Of a DNA stretch of 49,928 nt, positions 35,029-47,995 are shown one piece after another (the first letter of the stretch is position 1; every line of letters starts with the position of its first letter). This DNA comes from Octopus bimaculoides. Its lineage: Eukaryota. The stretch covers positions 939,644 to 989,571 of the forward strand of contig NC_068982.1 of NCBI RefSeq assembly GCF_001194135.2. The letters run 5' to 3'. The position numbers and the translations under genes are program-made. The notes beneath the pieces were generated by a model. It searched no databases and was not told the DNA's origin. It saw nothing but the letters and a program-made list of their open reading frames with translations.

Positions 35029-35066
<38 letters not shown>

Positions 35067-35169
35067 TTGGTGGTGATAGGTGGTCTGTTGGGGTTGGAGG
35101 GATGTGGTGACGGGAGGTTTGATAGGTGGAGTGAGAGGTTATCTGTAAGCATAAAACTGCAGACTCAAC

Positions 35170-35233
35170 CATATCGATGAAGCTGCTGCAGTTGGTGTTC
35201 AGATTGTGCTAGGATTTCAGACCGAGTCGATGT
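35170..35233 (-). CDS. Candidate 64-nt exon (TSTRSEILAQSEHQLQQLHRY)
   Basis: Good pyrimidine-rich acceptor TTCATTTTTGTCCCTATCTTCGCCGCAG; single open frame; weak donor G|GTTGAG. Confidence 0.2.
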
Positions 35234-36318
35234 CTGCGGCGAAGATAGGGACAAAAATGAAGCAATGAAGTTTTCAGTATAAACATCGCAACGCAGTGCT
35301 TCGAATGGTTTTGAGGTTGAAACGCAATAACTTCTATTTATAGAAGTGAAAAATCAGTTGGTGCTGATTAAATACAATGTATTGGTGTCCAGAAGATGGA
35401 ATCGTTATAATGGCAGGGAAATCGAGAGGAAAACGTAACACCTTGGTCTAAAAGTAGTTGCAATTGTAGTTAGTGATTGAAGACTTACTAATCATTTAGA
35501 TTAACGATTCGCCACACCGACAAATATTAACCTCACCCCATAATCAATATTAGTGAAATTCGTTGTCTCCCACCCCATACAGTTTGCATCCTTGTAATAA
35601 TTCTTTCTTCGCAATGATAATGGACAAATTTAAAATGATTAAAGTCATCAAAATACTGTACGCAACAGCTTTCTCACCCTCTCTTCACTCTATAAGTATC
35701 TCTCAGGGTGAGGCGCAACTCTTCCACGAGAAACACTAATGTATGTGATCTCTCTAGTATGGAGAACATTTGTCTGCTACGGGAACCTTGATCAAGTGAG
35801 GAGGCACAATTTCCTTCGTTATAACCAGCAACTATCCAGACGTGTAGAATGTTGTGTTCATGTTGAGATCTGCAGTTTCAACATGATATCTAGCATTTGT
35901 AAAGCTTCTGAATGTATTAGACTCACTGAGACAGCGATAGTATTATAATCGTTAGGACCGACCGCCATGCAAGGTTAGAATTCTCTCATTTGACAAGGAA
36001 GCTGAACTTCAGAAGTTAAGTTTGAGACTTACTTTGTGTGTATGAAGTGGTAGTAGTTGCAACAGAAGCAGTGGTAACATCTGTAATAGGACGTTTTATT
36101 GAACTGGAGAAAGCTAGAGCGTATGAATTACTTTTGTTTAGTATCTCAATATCAAGACAACACATGTATAGAAATGTACTTTAGTCAAATTCGGCTTTTT
36201 ATTGAGCAGAATGATGTGACTGTGAAGGTGACATGAAACGAGTGATATGAAATGGTATGAAAACCATATGCTGCTCATAAGTACTTATATATTAATGCGT
36301 CTGGATTTAGCGGAACGT

Positions 36319-36354
<36 letters not shown>

Positions 36355-36379
36355 NNNNNNNNNNNNNNNNNNNNNNNNN

Positions 36380-36429
<50 letters not shown>

Positions 36430-36999
36430 TTATTGTGTACAGGATATCGGGAAGTGATTTCTAATAAAACTTGATAGCTTCAGGCCGACAGGGAAGAGAA
36501 AAGAAGAGACAGTGAGGCTGAGAGAAAAGTTACAGGACGGAAAATATCAGTAACTTCAACATTAAGCAATAAGACTAATTTGCATGTCGGCACAACGGTA
36601 AATGACTACAGATGAATGAGCTCTCACTATTCATAGTTGCCATTGCGCTTTCATTCCTCGTTTGGCGCCATCTCACGCCAGTAAAAGTATCTGTTACATC
36701 ATGTGTGCCTGTCTTTTCACAGTCCGGTTTTAATGCAAAAAATCTAAGTCCAATGTAACCAATGGAAAACTAAATTAGACCTAGAAACGTAACTCAGTTG
36801 CCACATATTCCAATGATATTGTTTTCTTTTAACTTTTTGCTTAATAGGACGTAAAGATGACAATGTGACTTGGTCTTTCCAGTGGTAAATAACCTGTAGA
36901 CAACTAGACTTGTACGGAGGTTATTATATTAAGGAAGATTACAATACATATTTCCACAATATATAAAGTACTTATACGAAATATATCACTTTTTATGAA

Positions 37000-37790
37000 C
37001 AGGTGTTCGAGCTAAATTTGACGATTTCGGACTCGTTTTTTCAAGAGCAGCTTGCTGGATAAGTAAACAGTTAAAGCCCTGAAGAGCATAATAGGTGAAG
37101 ACATAGTTGAGAAAAAGTGAGCTGCAAGCCATCTGAACATTGGAAAAGAGCAAGCTGTGTCATGAGAATTCGCGCCGGGTGTCTAAATACCGACTTCATG
37201 ACGGCTGCTCAATGCTCTCTGAACACTGTAAAGGTTGTAAGACGTGTCATGAACAGCTGCAATGAAGATGATAAAGCCGTAACTAGTAGCAACGGACAGA
37301 TCATGTGTCCTGCATGCGACCGAACGCCAGTATTCATCTACACACAATTGAATAGTGTATTAGGCTCATATCAGACGGCTACATGAAGCTGTTGGAGACT
37401 GTGGTCAGACCCCAGCTCGAGGGGGTTGCTGTTGGAAGGCTATAAATAAACTCCATGCCTTACTTCCAGAAAGAGTCAGAAATGGTTGACGGAGAATTTC
37501 TTCGAATTCACCAGCCCCAATTTCTGGCCTCCTAATTCTCCTGAATGTGGGAAACGCGGTTGAGAAGGACACCAACCGCTCTACTACGGCTAAGCTGGTG
37601 GCGGAAGGAGGTGTTCGAAGATCTGCTCGGGGACGCAGTCAGAAACGCACAAGCACCAGGTTCCGGAGCCAAATTGAGACCATGGTGGAAGCTGAAGGCA
37701 GCTACTTTGAGAAAATTGTTATCTGCCAGACACATTCTAGTGGATGAGGTCTGAAATTTTAAAAAGAATTATTTTTGGATGGGATGTTTT
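37000..37790 (+). mobile_element. Tc1/mariner (maT-like) transposase deletion derivative
   Basis: N-terminal PSEHWKRA..AAQCSLNTVKVVRR joined to SSNGQIMCP, GYMKLLETVVRP, ENFFEFTSPNFWPPNSP, AVEKDTNR and RFRSQIETMVEAEGSYFEK; several frameshifts. Confidence 0.85.
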
Positions 37791-37972
37791 CTTTTCTTTA
37801 CCTTTTACGTAAACTATGCAATTCAGAGGGAAGAGCCAGCGGATCGATTGCCGGAACCGACAAACACCACATCAAATACATTGTATTACCTTTGTATTTA
37901 TATTTCTATCTTACCAAAAACTGCGAATGGTAACTATAAATGTACAGAGTGCATCAACGGTGCTAATGTTCA

Positions 37973-38004
<32 letters not shown>

Positions 38005-38540
38005 CAACTCTGCTGAGCAGTAACCACTCAGTACAATTTGATATACTGAATGGTTACTACTAGCGCGAAGCCGAGAATTTGAGTTTACGGAACACAGAAA
38101 CACTATTTATATATCATTTGATGGAGCACAAGACTTTATAATGCAGGGAAACGCTTACATAACCAAATAGATGCGAACCTGGAGAACTACGTTCGGTGGA
38201 AACAATTGTAGTGATTACATACAAATGTTCCTCTGTACTCCCTCTTGATGACTCCAACTTATTCAATTATATGTGTGTGTGTGTTTACGTGAGTGAACAT
38301 CAGCACCGTTGATAGACACACTGACATTCAGATATTATACATATATAAATTTGTNNNNNNNNNNTATATATATATATACGCACACACACACACACACACA
38401 CAGATACACACACATCACATGCGCATAACTATGTGATCGCGCATAGATACACAAGGGTACATACCTGCTCGCTGAAACGGAATGCTCATACATACATTCA
38501 TATTACATATATACATGGATGATTTCTCCCTCTCTCAGTA

Positions 38541-38580
<40 letters not shown>

Positions 38581-38592
38581 TANNNNNNNNNN

Positions 38593-38625
<33 letters not shown>

Positions 38626-39899
38626 TACGTGTAACTGTATATATATATGTCTGTATGAGTTTGTGTGTATGTTTCCATGCACACACTTGTTTACGGTCTT
38701 CACAGACATGCTGCTTATTGATGTCTCGATATCCAACCCGCCGCAGATAAACAAATGTGTAGGTAAATACTTGGAGAGATAATAAGCTTGTTAGTTGAGT
38801 GCAGAATAGTTTCTGTATCACCAGTGATTCACTATAAATCACCTTTCTTTTACCTCCTCCTCCACCTCCTCCTCCTCCTCCTCCTACTGTATTTACTAAC
38901 GCTGTTTCATCCTCCCCGCCTCCCCGCCGCCCCACCCCGTGCTTACAACACTGTTGTCTCATTCCTTTTTTGTCACAATGTAATAAAATGTGTAGCGAGC
39001 CTCCTTCACTTTCTCAAAATAACTTCTTTCACATTGAGCCATTGTAATTCTTGTTGAACACAACGTTGCATGTTGTCATTTGATCTTTCTGTGCTAGATT
39101 TGCCGTTCGTTTCGTTTCTGTATTATGATTACGTACAAAGATGAGGAATGCCGTCTAAATTAAGGCAACTTAGAAGAAGCAAGTAGTGTTCCTAGTAGGT
39201 GAATAGAACAGTTTCTAATTAGATGGAATTGTGAGTGAAGTGGCAGGCGAACAGGAAAGAAAAAATGGTATTGTATATAAAAGAAGGGAAGAGAGGGGAA
39301 AGGAAGACAGAAAGAAGTAGAGAGAAAAAACAGGACGAAGTGCAGCAAACGTTTGTAAATATCTGCTGCTGGTATCTTTGTGTGTAAGCAGGCCAGGAGA
39401 TAAGTTTTAATGTGGTTGTGTATTTAGTCTCGAGTTGGGACTAATTGAGCAGATCTGTAATAAAAGGAACTCAACTGACAAGCGATTCATTTTCAGTGTT
39501 TAGGTGTACTCTGTCTCACAATACATCATTCAATATCGTTGTTTACAATGTGGAAATGATATTTATATGTCCAGCGACTAAATAGAGAGACATTATATCT
39601 GAAAAACAATAGAATGAAAAGTAACAGTCATAATGTTAGGTCACAGCTGCGACTACCTGAGTGCTTTTCTTGTGTCTTCATACGCGAAAGCTTCTCTGAT
39701 AAATAGGCGATCTTGAAAACAATCCGCGAGGGTCATGGCATATTGTCACTTTCCACTGGAAGAAAATCATTAACTATAAATGAAACGAAAACATCATCGC
39801 ATCTTATGAACAGCAACGGGCCAGAACTCTCAAAGGCGATACAAATTCCCAACCACACTCTCACTAAGGAATTCTTTGAGTAGACGTTTATCCTCATCA

Positions 39900-40250
39900 T
39901 AGCTAATGCTTCCTCTTCTTCAGTGCCGATGAATAGTTGAACTCCCTACAACTAGTAACACTGTAGAAAGCACATGATATTGGCAACGGAATACTCTTCG
40001 CACGCAGACGTCCTACAACCCATCCAAAGAAAGATCACTCGGTTGCCTAGCACCAGGTCACTCACCCTTACACTCCAAACTCTAGCAGTACACTCTGCTA
40101 TCGCTAACTTTTTCTATTTCAACAACATTGCTTGCCTCTCCTCCACACAATCTCCTGGACCCGTGCCATTTGCTCTAAGGTACACCCAACCCATTCGTTT
40201 CTCCTCAATTACCACAATAAATTTATGCTCCAGTTGGGTTTGCACTAATA
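39900..40250 (+). mobile_element. Degraded CR1-group LINE 3' coding remnant
   Basis: LQLVTL*KA..TEYSSH..LQPIQRKITRL..SLTLTLQTLAVHSAIA resembles LL.LYKA..RP..EY.SH..LDRIQ.KAIRL..LT..LQPL.HRR. Confidence 0.55.
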
Positions 40251-40469
40251 AGTAGAGTAGGATTCCCTGCATTGGTGTACATTGAGATTTGGGTGCTACT
40301 TCGAGAAGGTTAGATGAGTGCGTACGGCCTTACTTGTTACCAAGAGAGCATTAGTAAAAAATGTTATATATATATATACACACACACACATATATACATA
40401 CACACACATATTCGTGTGTGCGCGTGCGTTTGTATATATATATATACATGAATGTATTTGTATGTGCGT

Positions 40470-40545
40470 TTGTGTGTACGCAATGTATGGGTGAATGGTT
40501 AAGAAGTTTTTATCCGCGTAGTTCGGGTTCAACCTCGCTACGTGG
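40470..40545 (+). mobile_element. Degraded tRNA-like head of SINE family C
   Basis: TGGGTGAATGGTTAAGAAG..TTCGGGTTCAACCTCGCTACGTGG resembles the head at 46751. Confidence 0.5.
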
Positions 40546-41280
40546 AATCTTATGGACCCATAGCTTGTAAACGTAAGGAGATAGTTGGATTGATTGTACT
40601 TATATTGCAAAAGTCAGAACCTTGTAAAACACCCTTGGAACACTCTCGGAGAACCAAATTGTTATCGTCGAACAACGTAAATCCAGCATTCATAGGCACA
40701 CACACACACTCGCACGCACACCAGTATGCACACGCGCACACATCTCACATACACGCATGCACACATACACACACACACACACGTACACACAGGCGCATGC
40801 ATACACACATATAGTGTTGAATGGAACTTTGAGTTTCGGCTTATTTAACAAGCAAAGACAGTTTCGCTTTTGGCGTTTCGATTGGGAAACAGCTGGAATA
40901 TCTCGTTAAGAAAATTTAATAATTTACATTTGTTGCGAAAATGTGAATAAAAGAAATATTTATTTTGTTTATAGTAGAAATCACATGAAATACTCAAACG
41001 ACTAGAAGTCAAATTGAAAGGTGGGTGACAACAGACAGGTAGGTAAAGAAGCAATACAAAACCAGGAAGGGAGATGAAAGTAAGACATTAAAATAATGAG
41101 AATAATTAAATTAGTAAATAACAAATAAAATAAAGTAGATAATAAAGAAAGAAAGCTATAATTGGATTGGAAAATAATTAACGTTAAATGAAAGTAGCGA
41201 AGTGTTTAAAATGAAATTGGGAGGTAATTAAATGGAGAAATTAAACTGAAACTTTTTATCCTTAAAATGTTTTGTGAGCT

Positions 41281-41425
41281 GAATTGCATATCGGCTATAA
41301 AACACCTAATAGGAGACGGTTTATCAAAGCATTACTTCGCTTTGATTAGCTAAACTCACTGTGCTTATCAATGGTGTTTGGTGTATGATCGTTGGCGATC
41401 AGATTTCTCATAAAAAGATCATTTA
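41281..41425 (+). repeat. Unclassified dispersed repeat; partner at 44252-44400
   Basis: Shared GAATT.CATATCGGC, TTTGATTAG, TGCTTATC.ATGGT.TTT and TGGCG blocks in the same order. Confidence 0.65.
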
Positions 41426-41739
41426 GAACAATAGAACAGAAGATCATATGTATGCTGTGGGGGAATTTGTACTTAGCTGTCTCCACTTATGGTCACTATA
41501 CAATGACGGGACTTGAGACGATATACATACAGCAACAAAAAGAAAATACCTCATTGCAATAGATGTGTTGTTAGGAGAGGTTGAAAATATTGGCACTGAA
41601 GCCCTTGGAATGAAGTTGCAAAATAAATGCAGTGCAGCACGAGCGCGCGAAAATGATGTAGTATCTAGTAATAATGTTTGGGATTGGAAGCTGGAGTAAT
41701 CCTCAAATTTAATGTCACAAGTAAAGTGCAAATGTTCTT

Positions 41740-41950
41740 GTATTATAGCAATATTGAAACAACTTGAGGCTTCCAACCGTTCCATACTATGTCCAAATGC
41801 TTAAAAACTGCAGATGGGAAAAGAATGTAGGGGGTCTTAAGAAATGCTTGAACATATTTTCATCTGAGATTCCAGACGAGCTAAGGGCACGGAAAGAAGC
41901 GCAAGGGATTCCTTTACCAATGGGGGGGCAATGAAAAAGAAATGAAAGAA
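41740..41950 (+). mobile_element. CR1-group LINE extreme 3' coding remnant
   Basis: GFQPFHTMSKCLK then LKKCLNIFSSEIPDEL match the RG.QLFN.LP..LR and FK..LD.FL..IPDEP terminal motifs. Confidence 0.55.
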
Positions 41951-42054
41951 ACATTAATAGTAGTACCACGATCAAAGTGGACGGGCAAATACAAGCATGT
42001 GTGTGTATGTGTGTGGAGGGAGTGACTGCCTGTGTATGCGTGTGTATGTATATG

Positions 42055-43055
42055 TTGGATTGGTCAAAAATACCGTTCGGTTTTAGTCGGCACAAAACTT
42101 AAAGCGCTCTAATAAGTAGCTAATTTCAGTCTGTCCCTTGCGCTTGCACACTCGTTATATACTAGGCACTTGAACGTAGTTCGACGCGAACTTGCGACGA
42201 GATAAGTTGCATTTTGTGTGCTTGGGATCATCCAGAGAAAGAACCAAAACAGGCATGATCGACATGCCATGCGTTTATGTTTTCAAAAAGGCACGAAAGA
42301 GGTGGAAACCTGTTGGAAGATATGTACTGTGTACAGAAAGGATACTGTTACAGAACATGTGTTCCAGATGTGGTTTTCAAGATTTCGATCGAGAATTTCA
42401 TCGTTTCACAACGGATCTTGCTCTGGGCGGCAGCCGAGATTAACAGCGACAAAATGAAGGATTTGACACCAACCCACGTTATGCATCCAGGATGATCGCA
42501 GATATTCTCCAAATATCCAAGCCAAGTGTTGAAAAACCATCAACTTGGTTACGTTAGGAGGCTTGATACTCGGGTTTCACATCAACTGAATGAGGCTAAC
42601 TTCGATTTGAGGATTTCTATCTGCGACTTGCTGGAGAAGCACGAATAAAACGCAGTGATCCACTAAAGGCGCCCACGACTCGTTAATTGTGAAGGCATTT
42701 CCCTTTATCACGACAATACCAGGCCGCACAATTCTTTACAGACGTGGCAGACGTTACTGAGGTTTGACTGGGAAAATATGTTGCACACCCCATATTCGCC
42801 AGACTTTCGTTTTCATATTTCGATTTGTTTTGATTATTTCAAACTTCATTGAATGGACAGACCTTCAACTTTGAAGAGGGTTTAAAAATTCCTCTAGAAA
42901 ATATTTCCGCTGAGAGCCACAGGAAATTCTTCGAGCAGGAAATAAAGCATCTGCCTACAAGATAACAAAAATACTGGAACGAAACGGTAATTATATGATT
43001 GGGCGAATAAATCGCTTTTTGTTTAAAATACGGAACGGACTTCCCGACCAACCAA
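42055..43055 (+). mobile_element. mariner element, internally deleted, with degenerate TIRs
   Basis: HTH WFSRFRS..GRQP; RVSHQL (WVPHEL-like) joined almost directly to HDNTRPH and HTPYSPD, so the first catalytic D region is deleted; ends TTGGATTGGTC..CCGTTC and GAACGG..GACCAACCAA. Confidence 0.9.
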
Positions 43056-43199
43056 GTCTGTATATATAACGCATACAGAGAGTCTGAGCGATTACTTTAA
43101 GATACATGGAGTATTGCATAAATATGCCTGTTCAAGTATCATAATAGCACGAAACTATTAGTAGCTCTTCCGGTTGTGTATTTAATTTGAAATATATAT

Positions 43200-43445
43200 A
43201 TAAGTAGACCTGCCAACTTTTTATCCCACATTGAGGGAGTCTCTGGTGACCTATAACGGAGACTTGATCAACTGTTATGATCCAGAGACCAAGAAACAGA
43301 ATGCCAAATGAAAGCTTCCTGGCTTCCTCAAATCTATGAAAGCAAGGCGTAGCAAGTTCACCAAAAATCTTATGATGATTTCCTTTCTTGATAGCAAAGG
43401 TATCATCTAGATTCACTGAATTCCTTCTGGACAGACGATGAAAGG
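43200..43445 (+). mobile_element. mariner transposase internal fragment (second family)
   Basis: SLVT..CYDPETKKQNAK*..ARRSKFTKNLMMISFLDSKGII*IH*IPSGQT matches the mariner first-D region (vT.DE.WIY.YDPETK.QS.QW..K.M...FFD..G...H.VP.GQTVN). Confidence 0.85.
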
Positions 43446-43548
43446 AGAGCAGAGGCTTTTTTTAATTTTGGAAGCTGAAAACTTCACATTTTAGTTCAAG
43501 TTTCTTGTTTTCGAATGATTGTATTTAGGAGCTACACACACACACACA

Positions 43549-43619
<71 letters not shown>

Positions 43620-44251
43620 ACACAGAGTTAACTTAGCTAAGCGTATCTGTATACAATGTCGAAAACTATATACACCCTCGAAGCATTTTTGTTGAGCCAA
43701 ATTGTTTCGTAACACTCACGCTCCTTATAACAATGAAATGTTTTACATGAAACTGTGATCAGTAAATGTTCGTCGCAAGGTTTCAGTGGTTGAGTATTCC
43801 ATAGACATGTATACCCTTGACGTGATCCTCAACAGAATCAGCGTCATCTTGCCGCATTGAGTAACATAACTGTACCTTTCAATTATTGGCAAACCTAACT
43901 GACGGGCATCCGTACAGTTTCTATCTATACAGTTTCTATCTATACAGTTTTCTTCATAAGCCCTGAAATTACGAAACGAATTTATTAACCATTCGGCCAT
44001 CCTCAATTCACAGTTTAATGAACAACAAGTACAACATACGTCTGCAAACGTGAACTACTTATGAGCTCGATTACTTGATACATGTCTTAATACCCTGCAG
44101 ATGTAAGTGCTTAAACACAAACACAGTCTTACAAATGCACTTATATAAGTAATACTATAGCGAGATATCTAATTTTTACATCTCATTGCTTACTCTCACT
44201 CAGTGTGTTGCCATAGCTATACTGAATGGTTTTATATAAGCCTGCAGATAA

Positions 44252-44400
44252 GAATTTCATATCGGCGATTGCACACTTAATACGAAAATTGCTATCAAGA
44301 CAGATAACTGCAGTTTGATTAGACAACACCACTTTGCTTATCGATGGTATTTAGTGAATTATTGCTGGCGCCCAGCTTTCTGACAAAGAAACAGATCGTT
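44252..44400 (+). repeat. Unclassified dispersed repeat; partner at 41281-41425
   Basis: See partner entry. Confidence 0.65.
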
Positions 44401-45385
44401 TTACTGCATTTCAACGGGCAATTAATTATTTAATTACCACTACTAATGGGGTTTTATAGTTTTAAAATAACAGCAAGGGACTGGTTATATATTAATGTTT
44501 TCACCTCAATACGCTTAAGGCGTAAAAAGACTATTATAGTTTTGTATTTCGTTACGACTCGAAGATATACACACATTAGAAAGTAAATAAACGCAGTTGA
44601 ATATTCAGACGAAGAAGTTTATTAAACTAACATAAAATGAAAATTAAAAAGAAGAAAAAAAAAAGATAAAAATGAAGAAAGGAAATCAGTAATAAAAACT
44701 GTAAAATTATCACATAATGCTATGAAAATACATTGCGTGATAATTTGGTGATAAATTGAAGATAGGATTAAACGCTTTCTGAAAGTATTTCAATAAAATC
44801 TCAAAAGTATTTCTCTTCTATACGAAGCATGAAAATATCACTACCATAAATCTTTTGACATAAGATTAATGTTTTTATTAAACAAATCTTAAGATTCTAA
44901 ACTTTGCTTAAAAAAATATTGATAACCATCGAATTTTCGGATAAAAATCTTCAGTCGTTTCAAGGCAATTTTTACTCTAGCTCGACAGTAAGCAGATTTT
45001 CTTACAAGAAAGAAAGAGAAAACCTACTTTCCAAGATTTGGTAATTTTAGTGTAATATATTAAGGCTATGAGAAAGATTTTAATGATGATAGTGAAAGCA
45101 TTAGATATTCTTTGAAAGAGCATAGATTTCCAATGTTTTGTGTGAAAATGAATATGGGATAAGAAAGAAATGCTTTGTTGTTTGAGCTAATAACTACAGG
45201 TCGTACAACAGCGCCGTACGCAGCACTACTTAACCAGCTTGGTTGCATGTATTGTGGAAAAAGATAGCAGTTTGTTCCTTTCTAACTCTGTGTTTAATTA
45301 AGAGAGAGACTGACAGAAAATGTGTTATCCATCTGATACCCCAAAATAAATACAGTCAAAGGAACTCAGCACGCGTTGTATACTT

Positions 45386-45590
45386 GCTGGCAAAGATGTT
45401 AGCATATCGGACAAGATACGTTGTGGTGTTTGTTCCGAGTTCACGTTTGAGTTCAAATACCACCGTGGTTGACTTTGCCTTTCATCCTTTCGGGGTCAAT
45501 AACTAAGTACCCGTTACGCACTGGGAGTCGATCTAATCGACTTGCTCTATCCAATGAAAATGCTGGCCTTGTGCCAACATTTGAAACTAG
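45386..45590 (+). mobile_element. SINE family A
   Basis: GAGTTCAAAT..GACTTTGCCTTTCATCCTTTCGGGGTC..GCTGGCCTTGTGCCAACATTTGAAAC. Confidence 0.85.
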
Positions 45591-45924
45591 AATACTTTCT
45601 GTAAAACGTGTGTGAATAACAGTATTTCTATAAAGGTGTTTGGCTTTAATATAGCAGTGAAATTTCCGTTCAAAACACTCCGTACTCTCTTTAACATAAA
45701 GACTACATAAGAGAGCACTTGACTCCCCAACAAATTTCCTGCTGTCTTACATGTATATGTATAAATATATATACACATCTATACATACATAATACATACA
45801 TATATGTATATATTTGTATATTTGTGTGTATATGTATGTATGTATCTATGTATAGATGTGGATATATTTATACATATATACTTATACATATAAGTACACA
45901 CACACACATACGTACATACATATA

Positions 45925-46112
45925 TATCGCAATATCTCGGATGCAGCTGTGCATCGTTAACCCGCTAGAGGAGATGTCCTCTTGGGGTTAAAAAATCGCA
46001 GTAGAGTCCGTTCGAACGGACAGCCATGCTGAAGTGGCTATGAACATTACTTGTTAGTACAACTACTGCGTTGATCTCTTAGAGAGATTTTAGAAGTAGC
46101 AGTTTTGCGTAT
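45925..46112. ncRNA. Candidate structured RNA or structured terminal DNA element (unassigned)
   Basis: Six nested or consecutive stems in under 190 nt (see finding); no known snRNA, tRNA or ribozyme motif recognised. Confidence 0.3.
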
Positions 46113-46149
46113 ACATACATGTCTACATACATAAATATATACATACCTA

Positions 46150-46201
<52 letters not shown>

Positions 46202-46725
46202 NNNNNNNNNNNNNNNNNNNNNNNNNNNNNNNNNNNNNNNNNNNNNNNNNNNNNNNNNNNNNNNNNNNNNNNNNNNNNNNNNNNNNNNNNNNNNNNNNNN
46301 NNNNNNNNNNNNNNNNNNNNNNNNNNNNNNNNNNNNNNNNNNNNNNNNNNNNNNNNNNNNNNNNNNNNNNNNNNNNNNNNNNNNNNNNNNNNNNNNNNNN
46401 NNNNNNNNNNNNNNNNNNNNNNNNNNNNNNNNNNNNNNNNNNNNNNNNNNNNNNNNNNNNNNNNNNNNNNNNNNNNNNNNNNNNNNNNNNNNNNNNNNNN
46501 NNNNNNNNNNNNNNNNNNNNNNNNNNNNNNNNNNNNNNNNNNNNNNNNNNNNNNNNNNNNNNNNNNNNNNNNNNNNNNNNNNNNNNNNNNNNNNNNNNNN
46601 NNNNNNNNNNNNNNNNNNNNNNNNNNNNNNNNNNNNNNNNNNNNNNNNNNNNNNNNNNNNNNNNNNNNNNNNNNNNNNNNNNNNNNNNNNNNNNNNNNNN
46701 NNNNNNNNNNNNNNNNNNNNNNNNN
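46202..46725. other. Assembly gap (N-run) between (CA)n and (TA)n
   Basis: Run of N. Confidence 1.
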
Positions 46726-46750
46726 TATATATATATATAATGTAAATGTA

Positions 46751-47138
46751 GGCGCAGGAGTGGCTGTGTGGTAAGTAGCTTGCTTACCAACCACATGGTT
46801 GTGAGTTCAGTCCCACTGCGTGGCACCTTGGGCAAGTTCTTCTACTATAGCCTCGGGCCGGCCAAAGCCTTGTGAGTGAATCTGGTAGACGGAAACTGAA
46901 AGAAACCCGTCGTATATACATATATATGTATGTATATGTTTGTGTGTCTGTGTTTGTCGCTTGACAACCGATGCTGGTGTGTTTACTTCCTCGTCACTTA
47001 GCAGTTCGGCAAGAGAGACCGATAGAATAAGTACTAGGCTTACAAAGAATAAATCCTGGGGTCGATTTGCTCGAGAAAAGGCGGTGTTCCAGCATGGCCG
47101 CAGTCAAATGACTGAAACAAATGAAAGAATAAAAGAAT
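46751..47138 (+). mobile_element. tRNA-derived SINE, family C, near full length
   Basis: Head GGCGCAGGAGTGGCTGTGTGG..GAGTTCAGTCC, CORE-like GGCACCTTGGGCAAGT, internal TA/TG tract, AAAAGAAT tail. Confidence 0.85.
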
Positions 47139-47159
47139 ATATAACACACACACACACAC

Positions 47160-47189
<30 letters not shown>

Positions 47190-47197
<8 letters not shown>

Positions 47198-47995
47198 TAT
47201 ACACTGGGCGCTCGGGCTGAATCTGTCGAAGGTCTTTTTATATTTCAACGGCGTTGGAGAACAAGAAATGTTGTAATTGAGAAAACGTTAACTGACATGA
47301 AGCGTTACCTGTATGATGACGACTGGCGCCAACCACCTAAGCGTGAACGTCATGGTTGCTGCTCAAATCACTGTAAACACTGCAAAAGCTTTAAGCTGTA
47401 ACATGTTCAGCTGCAACGGAGACTACGAAGCCGTGGTCGGCAAGGATGGACTCAGCGTGTGCGTCTGTGCGCTATAATCCATCCAACTGCAGAACAACGC
47501 AATGGAGGATCTGAGCGTAGGAGTCCAATTCATGGTTCACATATGGGTGCGAGATTTGCTCCATGAAGCTAGCTCGCACAAGAGGCGCAATAACCCCTGA
47601 AAGATTCAGAAGCGATCGTCGGAACATTTCTACGACTTCACCAGCCCCAGTTTCTGTCCTCTTAATTCCTCCGATTCTAATCTCATGGATAACTATTTAG
47701 GGCGCAGCTGAGAACGACACCAAGCGCTCTGCCTTGTAACACTAAGTCCGAACTGGTCGCTAAGATTAAGGGAGTGTTCAAATATCTTCCCAGGACCATA
47801 TTGAGGAACGCATCAGATTCCGAAGCCGTCTTGAGGCCATGGTGGAAGATGACGGTGATTGCTTAGAGTAAACGGTTATCTGCCAGCCACAATCGATATT
47901 TTGTGATGTTTTAAAAATACTTTTACTTTGGATTGTTTGCTGTGTTCTCTTTTCTTTTATGCAAACGGTCGAATTCCTGAAAACCCTTCAAACAC
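47190..47995 (+). mobile_element. Tc1/mariner (maT-like) deletion derivative, same family as 37000-37790
   Basis: Shared N-terminal block (GGCTGCTCAA..CACTGTAAA) and C-terminal FYDFTSPSF..NSSDSNLMDNY..NTKSELVAKIKGVF..RFRSRLEAMVEDDG; the residue at the third catalytic position appears to be D. Confidence 0.82.

Noticed and set aside
38920-38940. GC-box cluster CCCCGCCTCCCCGCCGCCCCACCCC as a promoter
   Set aside because: It lies in a low-complexity (CCT)n context with no other core promoter evidence or adjacent exon.
43743-44006. 87-aa minus ORF with a faint mariner HTH-like segment and an NCIDR repeat
   Set aside because: The repeat is a 15-bp tandem duplication (CAGTTTCTATCTATA), and the transposase similarity is too weak to call.
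44930-44965. Minus-strand CTGAAGA...CGAAA
   Set aside because: No stem II or stem I pairing can be formed.
45926-45966. Resemblance of ATCGC..TCTCGG to the U2 snRNA 5' end, and of TAACCC to a telomerase template
   Set aside because: The U2 branch-pairing and Sm sequences are absent, and the template would need CCCTAA, which is not present.
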